Source: Octopus vulgaris (Eukaryota). From it: DNA of 64,000 bases. Positions 37,435-51,445 of the stretch are shown here, piece after piece (within the stretch, counting starts at the first letter, position 1; every line of letters begins with the position of its first letter). Under the pieces are notes generated by a model. It did not search any database. It had not been told where the DNA came from and saw only the letters and a list, made by a program, of their open reading frames with translations. A program made the translations under genes and the position numbers. Where the stretch lies: contig OX597822.1 in the NCBI GenBank assembly GCA_951406725.2, positions 41,850,001 through 41,914,000 of the forward strand, read 5' to 3'.

Positions 37435-37904
37435 GAAAACATAATTGTTTTATTTCAAGTTTTATAAAATGTACATGTGTTTCATCAAACCAATTGCAGT
37501 TATTACACGAAACAATTGGCCAAGTTATGTACTACACTTGACACACTTCCTCAATATTTTCAGTGAAAATACGAAGTATAAATTATATTCAATATCTTTG
37601 GTGTGTTAGAATAGAGGGTAACTGTGTTGTAATAAGAGAATATAAATAGATGGTCAATGAGAGAAGTGATCATAGTCATGTCCCCTTTACATACATAATT
37701 GGGTAGACAAACACACACACTCACAACTACATACTTATACACATACTTAAGTAGAAAGAGAAAAATTAAATAACTCTGAAGTGAAGCAGGCTCAATGATA
37801 ACAATTACAATAATAGCAACTAGTCAGTGACACATCTTAGAAAATGAAACAGGATGGTCTCTATGGCAGTTTTATGCTATCAGGTTCTAATATCTTCACC
37901 TTAA

Positions 37905-38123
37905 CCCTTTAGTGTTCAGATTATTCTATCAAACATAATGCTTATTGATTCCCATTGACTTGAATTAATCATGCATTATCTCATATCTTCAAGATCTTGA
38001 TGGTGTAATTACTTAATGTAGAATAACATTGTAGGGTAAATGTGAGGGCCTGGATCTGGTCAGTTTGAACATAAAACAGATTAAATATTTTGGCCAGATA
38101 TGGCCGGTTTAAATACTAAAGGG
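37905..38123. mobile_element. piggyBac-like MITE
   Basis: TTAA|CCCTTTAGTGTT ... AATACTAAAGGG|TTAA. Second copy at 44130-44348. Confidence 0.85.
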
Positions 38124-38550
38124 TTAAGTAGCCATTGTATATCATTGAACATCTACTCTTTACATCTTCTTATTTCTTCACACTTTGTTTCCCTCTAATA
38201 TGTCATACCAATGATATTAAACATAGTTTACATTGCTGAAATATATGAAGGCATACATTTCTGTATTTTCCACTAAGAATGCAGAGGAAGTACATTGGTT
38301 GCATTATGCAACATTGCTAACCGTCATGTGTCATACTGACAATCAGTTTACTGAAACAAGTTTATGCTTTATAATGTTCAAAATACCAATTATGTTTTCT
38401 GTGTATATTATTACTATAATGTAGCTCAAATTCTACAAGCTGGCCTATGATGGACTTCACCTAAATGCACTGAATATAAGAGTGGAGTGAGGAATTTTCT
38501 ACTGAATCCAAAACTTTGGCTACATGTCACATCTTCCAGCATACTTTTAT

Positions 38551-38593
<43 letters not shown>

Positions 38594-39624
38594 AATAATA
38601 TCCTAACCACCCACTATCCTAGTAATGCTTATATCCTTGTTTTATCACCAGTCAATTCCAAACTGACATTATTATTGCAATTGAACTACAACTTCAACCA
38701 CTACCTCAATCACCACCACCACCACTGTCAGTACTACTGCTATCTCAACTACCATTATCACAACCACTACCAGTACTACTAATGCTACTATCTCAACCAT
38801 CACCATCATAAAACAACCACCACCACTTACTGTCATTTCTAGTAATACTACTACTATTACTTCAACTACCATTTTCATTGCTGCTACTACTACTACCACA
38901 TTAACCGTTCTTCTACAATAATAATAACTATTACCACCACATCTAACAACCACACAGCTACTAAAGCCCCCTCTTCTCACTGTCACCATCACACACACAC
39001 TACCGTTCTTGCATCCCTCCCCTAGAATTTGCTATGTGCTGGAATGAAAACTAAAGAGCACACATATACCTGTACCCCTATCTTTCCCTCCCTCTAACCA
39101 GAGAGAGACAGAGGGAGTGAGAGGTTCCATATATGTACATATATATGTATGTGTGTGTGGTGTGTGTCAGTGTGCGTGAATGATCTTTCGCTCTGTACAT
39201 TTGCCATAAGGAGGCGGCAGGAACTGTTACTTCTTGGCTGAAAGAAACTTCTTCAATGAAAGGTTTGTTCATTTAGCCTGAACTTCTTATTTCAAACTGT
39301 CATCACTTGAAATAATTTCTTCTCATCCTATTTAACATACTTCTATGCATGCATTTGTATGTGTGTGTGTGTATGTGTATCTATATGTATATGTGCATGC
39401 AATTAAATGCATTTATGCATGTGTGTAAGAGGGATACAAGGACATGCATGAAGGTACTGCTGGAGATTGAACATGTTACCTGCAGCTGGACTGCAGCAAC
39501 TGATGAGAGAGACCAGCAGAAGAGATCAATTCCCTTCTGATTCCATACCTCAAAATATTTCATACCTTGATGATTATCAATGAACTGTCTACAATGCTAA
39601 TGCTGATGATGATGAGGACAAACA

Positions 39625-39660
<36 letters not shown>

Positions 39661-39851
39661 AGACAGAGCAATTAAAGAAATTCTATATAATTATGTGTGC
39701 ATAGCTATATATACAGCATTACAGGTATCTTTAATTATATAGCCAAGGTGTCTGAAAATCAAAAAAAAAAATGTAAACTGCAGAATTTATCATTGGTATG
39801 TAGTTTATAGATATGTACATGTGTGTGTGTATATATATATATATATGTATG

Positions 39852-39885
<34 letters not shown>

Positions 39886-39936
39886 GTGGTGCTCCTGCAT
39901 GACTGCAGCTACAGGCTGTAAAAGATAAAAGAAATA

Positions 39937-39976
<40 letters not shown>

Positions 39977-40925
39977 TTACACAGACACATACGTACATAT
40001 ACCTGTGTATGTATGTATGTATGTATATTCCCACAAAAACATAAGCATAATCTGCAAAGAACGTACACTGTTAGATATTAATATAATTTCAGCCTACAAA
40101 AGCTGTGTATCTATCTGTGGTTACATGTTTACTTCTGCATGTATATATGTGCTTATTTGTCTCTGTACTTGTGTGTTTATGTCTACATATGTATGCATAC
40201 ATTTCTAATCATAAATTTGTGTATGTAAAGAGAGAGGGAGTAATTTAAATGGCTATGTGATACATCTATTAATTGACCAACTTGTAGTGATTCTTCTTCA
40301 TCCTATATATGTTTTCATTTCTAATCCAATGAGAGTTGCTTTATCTTTTGTTTTATTGAATCCTGTAAAATATCAATCATACACAGAGGTGAAACATAAG
40401 AATATCTAACAAAATATTTTGTGGCAATTAGTTATGCCACTTTATGTTCTCAGTTTTAATTTTCCAAGGAAGATTTTACCTCCATCCTTCTTAGATCAGT
40501 GAAATAGACCAGCTGCCACTTGCCCTTATGGTCAGCCAAGATCCAACAGTTTCATGGCCAAAGATATTTCAGCTATTGTGCTGGAAACCCAGCTCTACTA
40601 TTACCCTTTTTTAATTGGTATAATTTGAGAGACCTTTGGTTGCTATTTCCAGGAGACCTAGCAGCCACAGAGACACTTCTTTGTAATCTCAGGAAGTACT
40701 TTGATATCATCTATAAAATCTTCTCCACCACTCCTCTCCCAAACTGTCAGATCTTTTGCCAATACTAAAAATCAATAGCTTTAGAACAGTTCAATATATT
40801 CTGTTATTGTAGTCTATAAAAGGAATTTAACACTTTTGTAAAACAGTATATAACAATGTACTATGGTAACTAAACCCACCTCCATATAAACACACACACA
40901 TATATATATACTTATACACCCATGT

Positions 40926-40982
<57 letters not shown>

Positions 40983-42429
40983 TACACATATATACACATA
41001 ATAATAAAACATGATAATATATACCACTGTTTATCTCATTAGTGATACTACTGTACTAATTCATTCTCTCTTTCTCCCCTAAATGTGAGTAGCCATATAG
41101 CTCTTCTACAATAAGATCCTGTTCTATCCAACCCCTTTCTTTCATACCCTAACTCCCATCTGGCGTAAAGATACCCCACCTCACTTCCTACTCCACAGGT
41201 TTTGTGGACTTGTGAGCTACTTGGTCACCTCAGTAGTGCTGGTGGCATAAAAAAAATTCACACAGTTCAAATTGTAAATTGGTTGACATTAGGAAGGGCA
41301 TCCAGTTGTAGAATCCATGCCAAAGCAGACACTGGGCTGCAATGCAGTCCTTAGACCCATTGGGTTCTGTCAAACTCATACCAACATGGACATTAAATGA
41401 TGATGATGATATATTTATATCAATCTGTTATCTTGAGATAGATAGATTATAAGTGTATACACACACAAACATATGTAAATATATATGTGTGTGTATATAT
41501 ACACATACATATATTTATAAATACAAGTGCCTAAATAATGGAAAGGAGTTTTAAGTATTAATAAGAGGATGACGTTTGAGATTTGAGTGTTAATAATAAG
41601 ATGACTCATGTTTTACATGGGCACAAAATTCATCAACATCTTTACATGTATGAACTCAAAATGAAAGATTTACGGATGAGAACATTTGGGTCTCTATTGA
41701 TGAGTTCAAGTCATGTGGATACTTTAGCTGGGATTCAACAGTGATTCTTCCAACGTATGCTATACATTGTTGTGCAGACCAGAAGTTGGTATCAGTTAGT
41801 CTGCATTCTGTTGGGGTTAGCATTTCAGTAAAGATAGCCCGTAGTCACAGATCCAACATTTTAGGGATGGGTATGTGGTCCCTAATACAACATTTTGGGT
41901 AGGAAGAGTATTTGATTTAATCAATCCATTACATGACTGTTATTTTATGTTATCTATCTTAGAAAAAATATCAGCCTATGTTGGATTTGAACTCAAAGTG
42001 TAAAAGGTTCTGACTAAATTACTACATGTTACTTTAGCTGTTGCTTTCCTGGTTCTTCTTCACAGATTACAAGATCACATCCTACAGTAGTTTAACTAAT
42101 CTTCACACTGTCCTTTTAATATACTTATAGAAAATTTTCTCCAGAATTTGCACCCATATTTACCAAATTCATTATAATTTCTGCCCCCCCCCATCTCCCC
42201 ACACTCTAAACAGACCTTATCCCAAACTATGGAAATTTACTCTGACATTATGTTCCATCTCTCACAATGTCAATCTTTATGACCCTACCAATTATGACTT
42301 ATCACCTCCAAAGCTCAAAGATGATGGAAGTAGTTGCTCATAATCACCTTCTTTATCACTTTCAGTCTCTCCCCCACTCTCTCTCTCCCCCTCTTTCTCT
42401 CTCTCTTTTCTCAATGACAGCCAGAATCA

Positions 42430-42714
42430 CAATAATCAGAGCGTTATTTCTCTATATCTACCATTGGTCTTAAAAACTTTGGTGACAGCAATATTGCCTC
42501 TGACTTCCACCATATCTGATATAAAAACTCCATGACTCAATTTCTCATCCTTGCTAGTCAGCTGTCTCTCATTTCATTTGATCAACGACTTCCTGACAAG
42601 AATTCAATTCCAGTTAGGACCAAAGTATTCTCCATCATTCATTTTCTATGAACTGTGGTGTACACCAAAGCTTGATTATGTATTTCACACACTTCCTTCC
42701 ATTTGTTAACAATT
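42430..42714 (+). pseudogene. Very decayed CR1-like RT fragment
   Basis: LINDFLTR and NCGVHQS remnants resemble the DFL..R and GVPQGS RT motifs. Confidence 0.4.
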
Positions 42715-42716
42715 TA

Positions 42717-42880
42717 CCATATTTTAACGTATATAAGGAACCCTGTTTTGTCAAAAAATTAGGTTAAAAAAATATGGGAGTTTCTTATACATGGATAGTA
42801 TTATAATCCCTTACAAAACCTCTTCTCCAAATTTTAAGCCTCCCAAAATTAGGAGGTTCCTTATAAACATTAAAATACAG
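42717..42880. mobile_element. Tc1/pogo-like MITE
   Basis: TA|CCATATTTTAACGTATATAAGGAACC ... GGTTCCTTATAAACATTAAAATACAG|TA. Confidence 0.8.
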
Positions 42881-43484
42881 TACATACTGTCATTGCTAAC
42901 ACACACACACATACACACGTGGCCAACCCAGCAAATGACTGCGCTGAACCCCTTAGTATTTATTAACAGCAAGTTACAGCCTACACAGATCAGAATTGGG
43001 CCCCTAGATCTATGAAGCCCCCAGACAACTGCCCATGCCTTCAGACAGCACTGCACACACACACACATGTGCGTGCATGTCAGCACACGTGTACACATAT
43101 GCGCATGCCCATATGCACACACTCAACTATGTAATTTATACAACTCTTCATTTATCTTTATCTTTCAGTATATAGGTATCATCAAAATCCATCATAGGTA
43201 CCTCACATTAGACATGACCGGAGCTCTTGAAAACAGTTTTAAATTGTTCTGAGAATCTTGTCACCTTTAATAACAAGGCACAAAACACACACATTTCCTT
43301 TAAATAATTAGGCACTGAACCCTTCCTATCAATTTTTTTTTCCAGCTGTACAAAGACACAGGCACCATATATATTTAAAAAACTGTTTTTCCTCAGCACA
43401 CATCATTCACATGAGCAACATGAATCACACATTTGAAATATTGTATCCATCTGTATCTGGGATAATGCTATTGTTACATATAAA

Positions 43485-43850
43485 GGCCCCTTTCCATCAT
43501 GAAGGACCATGGGATTGCACCTAGAAAGTTACCCTCTAAAGTACAAGTCTGGCTATTTTTTTTGGTGGGGTTTTTCTTTTTTCTTTTCTTTTTATTTTTT
43601 TATGGAAAACTGGCAGTCACCCATGCATACCAGTTTCCCCTCTCCACACCACTGATTTTAGCCAAGGGAAAGGCAAAGGCTGATACAACTTAGTACCAGT
43701 GATGTTGCAACTCATTTCTACAGACGAGTGCACTGGAGCAACATGAAATAAAGTGTCTTGCTCAAGAACACAACACACAGCCAGTCCGGGAATTGAACTC
43801 ACTACCTCATGATTGTGTACCTGATGGCCTAACCACTGACCCATATACCT
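43485..43850 (-). mobile_element. SINE family C
   Basis: Reverse complement matches 17542-17878. Confidence 0.85.
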
Positions 43851-44129
43851 TGTTACATATATCATTACACATTGCAGACCACAATACAGTACTGCTCTTA
43901 CATCTGTTGTTATGCATACAATCATGCTAAGTCAATAAATCCAAACAACTACTTCCCATAAATTCATTCACAAATACAACTGTTGACAGAGTGGTACCAT
44001 ATCCACTCTTTTCCTTCTACAGCTACTACAGTGGGTTCTATTCATTTTAACTAGCAGGCTACACACCACCTCCAGCCATCCTCATATCCATACTGGCCTA
44101 GACGTCAACCTGGAAAAGTTTGGAATTAA

Positions 44130-44348
44130 CTCTTTAACATTTAGATTAATCTGTCAAATATGCTTCATTAGTCACATGGTTTTGAATTAACCATGCATTA
44201 TCTTGTGGCTTCAAGATTTCAGTGATATGATTGTATCGTTTTTTTTTAATGACATTGTAGGGTAGATGTGAGAGGCCTGATCTGGCTCTTTGACCATAAT
44301 ACAGGTAGAATATTTGGGGCAGTTATGGCCAGATTAAATACTAAAGGG
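44130..44348. mobile_element. piggyBac-like MITE
   Basis: TTAA flanks; homologous to 37905-38123 throughout. Confidence 0.85.
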
Positions 44349-44753
44349 TTAAAAAAATCAAACCCATCAATCTGCTTAGTGTATGGAGAGCTACAAAAGT
44401 AATGGGCCCTGCACCTTCTTCTGTTGCTAATTCATTAAAAAATTGCTGTGAAAATAAATAGTTTATCTGTGGAAGTGTGACAACATATCCAGTGGGTGAT
44501 TCATCTCGTATCCATTGAAGATAAGAGTTAAGAGTCAACCACTAATTTTATGGTAGTGTGTCTTGAAGAGACATCATTTTATACCATTTCTTATTTATTA
44601 CAGCTGGAATAGACAGCTTTTCATCACTTGAAACTGTCAAAGGTGTTTTTCTTGTAAGAAAACTGGTAAAATACACACATTTACTCGCATTCTACCCCAT
44701 GTTCTGTCTAGTTATAGACATCTGATTCTCCTTCTCTGCCAAACTATGTATAT

Positions 44754-44819
<66 letters not shown>

Positions 44820-45334
44820 CCCCCTCCCTCTCTCTCTCTGTCAGACTGAAATTTTAAGATGTGAAGAAGTAAAAACAGTTGTTGGTAAAAAGTACAAAAT
44901 AAGAAATTGAGTAGATGATGTCTGAAACTGGGTAGAAGGGGGTCTGGAAACCCTTTAACAAAATATATTAAGTAACAGAAAAAGTAATTTACACAAAGTG
45001 GGAAAATCAGTTGGAAAAGAAAATCTTGAACAAAAAAGTTGATGTATATCATTGATGTTGTGTATATGCTTGTAAATACATACATATGCAGTGCACATAA
45101 ACACACATGCAAACTTTATACATGCTATATATATATATATATATATATGTATACACACACACACACTCACACATATGCATACATACAGTAGTTAAACCTA
45201 TGTCATGATGAAAAGCCAGTATAAGAGGAAGAGGAGGTGGTGGAGGAGGAGGACATATGTATATATAGATGGATGTAATACCTTATAAGAGCATTCTGTT
45301 TATCAAACACACATCAGTTAAGGCCATATAATAT

Positions 45335-45628
45335 TTGTTTGTTCCTTCTCGAGCCAACCCTGGCTTATAAGGGCCGGTTTCCTTGGCGTATAGGTTCCCC
45401 ACCTGGAGGGGACACCAGTCCCTCACAGGTGAGCTGCAAGATGCAGGAGGAAAGAGTGAGATAAATTTCTGGCGAAAGAGTCAGCAGAAGTTCGCCATTA
45501 CCTTCTGCCAGAGCTGCATGGAGCTTAAGTGTTTCATTCATAAACACACACATTGCCCGGTCTGAGATTTGAACCCACGATCCCTCGACTGCTAGTCCGC
45601 TGCTCTAACTACTGTGCCATGTGCCTCC
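45335..45628 (-). mobile_element. tRNA-derived SINE with family G-like head and 12-bp TSD
   Basis: GCCATATAATAT at 45323-45334 and 45629-45640; head GGAGGCACATGGCACAGTAGTTAGAGC...GGTTCAAATCTC. Confidence 0.85.
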
Positions 45629-46056
45629 GCCATATAATATAGTGAATTGAAAAACTCCTCTAACTGAAATTATTCACAAATTAGCAGAAATTCCTTCCAG
45701 AAATCTTTAAAAATCTAAAAACAGCAAGCAAGAGAGATAAGTTGACTGAAATATTTGGACAATAGAGATGATTAAAGTAGATCTGTTTCAAACAAACTGG
45801 TGAGGACACAAATACATGTTTGCATCTTTGTAATTAAAGACCAGGACTATTTCAGTTTCTGTTGTGTATATTGTCCAAAATATTCGTTTAACTTGTCTTA
45901 TTGAAGTTGAGTGTTTTTTTTAAAACTTAAACACTGCTAGTGGGAGCTTTTACTACTTCCTTATTGCTTAGAATATAGTTGTTTTAATTTGCTATATTGC
46001 AGACCCTAAAACATATGTATGTGTATTATATATATATATATTTTTTTTTTTTTGTT

Positions 46057-46428
46057 TTATTCTTTTTACTTGTTTCAGTCATTTGACTGCGGCCATGCTG
46101 GAACACTGCCTTTAGTCGAACAAATCGACACCAGGACTTATTCTTTGCTAGCCTGGTACTTATTCTATCAGTCTCGTTTGCCGAACCACTAAGTTACGGT
46201 GACATAAACACACCAGTATCAGTTGTCAAGCGATGGCGGGGGGACAAACACACACACACACACACACATATAGTCGGGCTTTTTTCAGTTTCCATCTACC
46301 AAATCCACTCACAAGGCTTTGGTCGGCCCCAGGCTATAGTAGAAGACTATTGCCCAAGGTGCCACACAGTGGGACTGAACCCGGAACTATGTGGCTAGCA
46401 AGCAAGCTACTTATCACACAGCCACTCC
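46057..46428 (-). mobile_element. SINE family A
   Basis: Full-length reverse-complement copy. Confidence 0.9.
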
Positions 46429-46546
46429 TAATATATATTATTAGGAGTAGCAAATTTAAAAGATGTCCAGCCACTTAGAATAAAGTACTTGGAGATAAGT
46501 CTGAGAGTGAGTAAAATATTTAATCCATGATCATTATTACAACAAA

Positions 46547-46600
<54 letters not shown>

Positions 46601-46681
46601 AGGAAATTTGCTAAGTTGGTGGTACTATATTAAAGCAATGGGTAGCAAGCAAGTTGTGATCCCATTGAGATGGATGTAAGG

Positions 46682-46966
46682 CAGTGGTTTCCAAAGTGGG
46701 CAGTATTTCCCTCTGGGGATGGTAGAATGATCCAGGGTGAGATGTTGAAAATAAGTGGGGTGATAATGGGGTGGCCAAAATGGGGCAATGGATGTAAAAA
46801 CAACAAAATAATGAGTTAATTAGGTTAAGTTTTATTTGGAAAACAGTTGTTTTGAATTTGCTGCAGAAAATATTTTATGTTTGTGGTGGTGAGAGTAAGG
46901 TGGGGGCACTAGGAGTGTGGCTTGGGTGCCAAGGGGTGGCAGCCTGAAAGAGTTTGGGAACTACTG
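46682..46966. mobile_element. hAT (Charlie-like) MITE
   Basis: TIRs CAGTGGTTTCCAAA / TTTGGGAACTACTG; 8-bp flanks ATGTAAGG/ATGTAAAG. Confidence 0.85.
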
Positions 46967-47285
46967 ATGTAAAGGATTTGCAAGCTAGTCCCCTGCAGAG
47001 CTTACAACAGGCTTAGCATCATACAGGCCAGTGAATGGAAATACATTAAATTGGGTGTAGAAGCAGTGGAGGTTGCCTGAAAGTGGCTGTTGATCAAGGG
47101 TGGTGGTTGTGGAAAGGGTAATGCAATCTGGAATAGTACTAACTGGACACAAACTTGGGCTTGATCAACTATGCCTGGGTCACCTGCCTAAACAAAAACA
47201 CTCTAAAAAAAACAAACACACACCCCAAAAAAACCACAAACACCCTAATGACTCCATGAAGCATCACTGATGATGTGTCCCCCTA

Positions 47286-47906
47286 CCATGTGGTCTTGGG
47301 TTCAATCCCACTGTGCAGCACTTTTGACAAGTGTCTTCTATTATAGCCCTGAGCCAACCAAAGCTTCGTATGTGGATTTGGTAAACAAAAACTGAAATAA
47401 AGACTGTCATATCTCTCTATATACATTTATACATATATACAGGGTGCAGCAGAAATAACACCCTTTTGTATTTGAGTTTTCTGGTTTCTGATTGAGTTTC
47501 TTTTTTTATTTCCTAAAAACTTCTGCGATTTTTTCATTAGTTTATTATTCATTTCTTTAAGTAATCCAAAAAATTTGTGTTCAATAAAAAATTACTTAAT
47601 AAACATTTATATACTATAAAAATTACGTGCAATAAGGGCGTTACTTCTACTGCACCCTGTATATGAGTATGTGTATATGCGTGTGCATGTGTATGCTTTT
47701 CTGTTTATATTTGTCCTTCATCACTACTTCACATCCAGTGTTTGTTTGTTTATGTTCCTGTAACTTAGTGCTTTGGCAAAAGAGACCAACAGAATAAGTA
47801 CCTGGTTTTAAAAAAATGAATACTGGAGTCACCTTGTTTGATTAAATCCTTTGTGATGGTGTCCCAGCATGGCTATAGTCCAACATTGAAACGAGTAAAT
47901 GTTGAA
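47286..47906 (+). mobile_element. SINE family A split by a MITE
   Basis: 5' half at 47286-47437 and 3' half at 47662-47906. Confidence 0.8.
47440..47659. mobile_element. Tc1/mariner-type MITE
   Basis: TA|CAGGGTGCAGCAGAAATAACACCCTT ... AAGGGCGTTACTTCTACTGCACCCTG|TA. Confidence 0.9.
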
Positions 47907-47914
47907 AGATATAA

Positions 47915-48240
47915 GGCACCGGAGTGGTTGTGTGGTAAGTAGCTCACTTCCCAACCACATGGTTCCAGGTTCAGTCCCACTGCATGGCACCTTAGACAAG
48001 TGTTTTCTACTATAGCCTAGGGCTAACCAAAGCCTTGTGAGTGGATTTGGTAGGCGGAAACTGAAAGAAGCCTGTCATATATATATATATATATGTTTGT
48101 GTGTCTGTATTTGTCTCCCCACTATCGCTTGACAACTGATATTCGTGCGTTTCCATCCCTGTAACTTAGCAGTTTGGTAAAGGAGACCAATAGGATAAGT
48201 ACTAAGCTAACAGAGAATAAGTCCTGGGGTCGATTTGTTC
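47915..48240 (+). mobile_element. SINE family A
   Basis: Head through GTCCTGGGGTCGATTTGTTC. Confidence 0.9.
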
Positions 48241-48491
48241 CTCCTATTTGTTTAATTTGCTTACATATAAAATCATTGCCTTAACTTCCTATTGATTCAT
48301 CATTTGTATGTTTGTGTCAGTCTTACAATCAGTGTTATTTGCATGGCATTCCTTTATGTTGAGATTGATAAAGTAATTACTAAAGTTATGATCCCCAAAA
48401 CAATTGAAGGTGCTGCTCCATCTTGGCCTTAGTCCTGTCATTAAAACCAGAGAAAGGAATAAAAGAGTTGTGTCATCTCTCTCTCTCTCTT

Positions 48492-48526
<35 letters not shown>

Positions 48527-49080
48527 TACTCTTCTATATATATGCACTACTTTCTCACATTTGTTCTTCACAATATGCATTCATATGATATCATTGCACA
48601 TATTCTATATTTTCAAAGCACACAGAATGTTTATTCCTGTTTTTTCCATAGAGGTGGTGGAGGTTCCTGGATAGGCCAATAATGGTAGTGATGACAGCAA
48701 TGGTTACTGTAACAATAGTGGCAATGACCTAACGACATTAATCAACTCTTAACACAGTATCACAATTTCAAATCTCATCAGAAGCTATCCTGAAATAGCC
48801 ATCCTTATTTCTAGCTGACCGTTGCTTCCCTGGTGTAGAATAAAAGTTAGGAATATTACACTGGTATTGGCCATCTTTAAACATCGTTGGCCTCATCTCT
48901 CTTTCAGACAGGTTAATGTCATCAAGTCTCACTCATGTATGTGTACATGAAGGTGGGATGGGATTAAGCTCAGCGACCAGGGTTCAAACAGTCTTATGCA
49001 CTATATCACCTGGCTATCTAATTAAGGATCCTATTTGTGTGAAACCTGAGGAATATGAGTGTTGAATCACACATGAAATA

Positions 49081-49206
49081 AAGTTGTCTTTATCGTGTCT
49101 GATATGGGGCTAAACAACCACATGTTCAAACTGGGATTTGAATATTCAAATCCCAGTTTGAACATGTGGTTGTTTCACCTCAGATCAGACACGATCAAGA
49201 CAACTT
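49081..49206. repeat. 126-bp palindrome with a perfect 64-bp core (49112-49175)
   Basis: AAACAACCACATGTTCAAACTGGGATTTGAAT|ATTCAAATCCCAGTTTGAACATGTGGTTGTTT. Confidence 0.95.
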
Positions 49207-49780
49207 ATGAGCAAATGCACTCCAGCTATAATCATCCTGACTTTGTGTGTATCTGTGATTACATTATCCAATGTGTACTTCATTTCTTAAGACATCACAG
49301 TGAAATTTGAGTGACTTTGGTTATTATTTCTTGCAGCTTGAATGAATGACCATAGAGGATGAAACATTTCCAGAAATATGTGGTAGAATCAATAAATAAA
49401 TATAATCAGTAAGGTCCAAAACCAATACTAATGATGATTCATGGCAATTTGATATTATTTCTACATTAGGGATGAATGTCAGGAAAGCCTGACAGATGTA
49501 TTTGATTTAACTGAAATATGTAAATCTTGATATTTGCAGACATATACAACCCACCTGGCACAGATAAAAATGGGTATAAATATTTATATGGACATAAAAG
49601 TTATAGAACACCTTGAGAAAGGTTTTAAAATAGTGTGTGTGTGTTTAGCTTATATAAACTTAGATAATTATCAGCCAGTTCTGGTTCAGGCAATGTCTAC
49701 TTGGAATTCCAATGGCCTTATATATGAAGATATGAAACACACTGGTATAAATATATATATGTGTGTGTGTAAGTAAGATA

Positions 49781-49810
<30 letters not shown>

Positions 49811-49811
<1 letters not shown>

Positions 49812-50222
49812 CTTATCTTTCACTTGTTCCAGTCATTAGGCTATGGCCATGCTGGAGCACTGTCTTGAAGGGTTTTGTCAAATAAATCAACCCCAGTGTT
49901 TTTTTTTAAAGTTTGGCATTTATTCTATCAATCACTTTTTGCCAGATTACTAAGTTACAGGGTTGTAAACAGACCAACACCAGTCGTCCAGTGGTGCAGT
50001 GGGGGACAAACACAAACATGGATATATATGTAAACACACACACGCACACACGCACCATGGTTTCTCTGTTTCCAGTTATCAAATTCATTCACAAGGCTTT
50101 GGTTAGTCTGGGGCTATAGTAGAAGACACTTTCCCAAGGTGCCATGCAGTGGGACTGAGGGACTGAACACACGTCTATATGGTTTGAAAGCAAACTTGTT
50201 ACCACATACCTACAACTGCACC
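49811..50222 (-). mobile_element. SINE family A
   Basis: Reverse-complement copy. Confidence 0.85.
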
Positions 50223-50964
50223 TATGTATGAGTATATTGAATTATTTTCTTCAAACCCATAGCACAGAATATTTTTGAATGAAATGATAGACACGTACAC
50301 ATACATAAAAAAAGTTTTGCAATCTTAGATTTCTTTGTCTTTTTTTTTTTTTTGCTTCTTTTTGACAACTTTGTAAAAGATACATTGTAATTCTGGCCAA
50401 ACTGTATGTCCATAAGATCGACTTTGATTGAGAAATTGTCTGTTTACTGTTCTAATTTTTCTGAGATATCTTTAGATAACAGCTAGCTTTATTTCCTTCC
50501 CCCCACTCCCCACCCTACTATCTCAGCCTTTCTCTCTCTCTGTCTCATTCCCCTCCATCCACAGATGTGAATCTATTCCACAGTCGTTCTCTAAGTCTAG
50601 TTTAATTAATCAACAATGTCAGCTCTGTGCCTCCCTTCAAATCATCTTCATGGCAACTTGCTTTGTGGAGAGAGCTTTCATTTCATTCTTACTTTCATAC
50701 ACTGCTTGCCTTATTTTCACATTCACCATCATCATCACCAGCACCACCACTATACTAAACCATCACACTTGTTCTTTCATACTGAGTTGAAATGGTCTCA
50801 TCCCAACCCAACTCTAACTTTATAATGGGCACTGCCATTCACTTTCTGTTCCATAGACACAACTGACACTCTTCAAATTCCTTGTAGTTTTCTTCATCAT
50901 CTTTATGTGAGTGTGTGTGTGTGTGTGTGTTTTGTTTTTTTTTCACACCCACGTGTGTAATATA

Positions 50965-51184
50965 CAAGGGATACTGAAAAGTTCCTGGCCTTGGGTAAAA
51001 GAAAATGCAGGAATGATCAGATAATTAGGATTTTGTTTTGTATTCAACATATTCCCCTCCCATATTCACACGCTTATTGCAGTGGTTCTTCAGTTTTTTT
51101 AAAGTCCTGTAAAAGAACTTGGAAGGTTAGGCCTCCAGCCAGGTCTTTTGCAATACCCTTAAAGCTAGGAACTTTCATTCCCCC

Positions 51185-51188
<4 letters not shown>
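50965..51188. mobile_element. Mariner-derived MITE
   Basis: TA|CAAGGGATACTGAAAAGTTCCTGGC ... GCTAGGAACTTTCATTCCCCCCTCA|TA. Confidence 0.75.
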
Positions 51189-51220
<32 letters not shown>

Positions 51221-51431
51221 CAGGGTGGCCCAAAAGTAGGTTTACAGTTATTCAACTATCTCTTTTGCATTCATATATTAACAGTTTAGATCTTAATTAT
51301 GAAAAATATAAGACCATTATTCTATGCTAATTTAGTTAATTGTAAGATAGAAATTTAAATGTAATAAAATGTTTTAAAAGAAATTTAAAGTGCCTACATA
51401 GTAACTGTAAACCAACTTTTGGGCCACCCTA
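51221..51431. mobile_element. Tc1-like MITE
   Basis: TA|CAGGGTGGCCCAAAAGTAGGTTTACAGTTA ... TAACTGTAAACCAACTTTTGGGCCACCCTA|TA. Confidence 0.9.
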
Positions 51432-51445
51432 TATATATATATATA

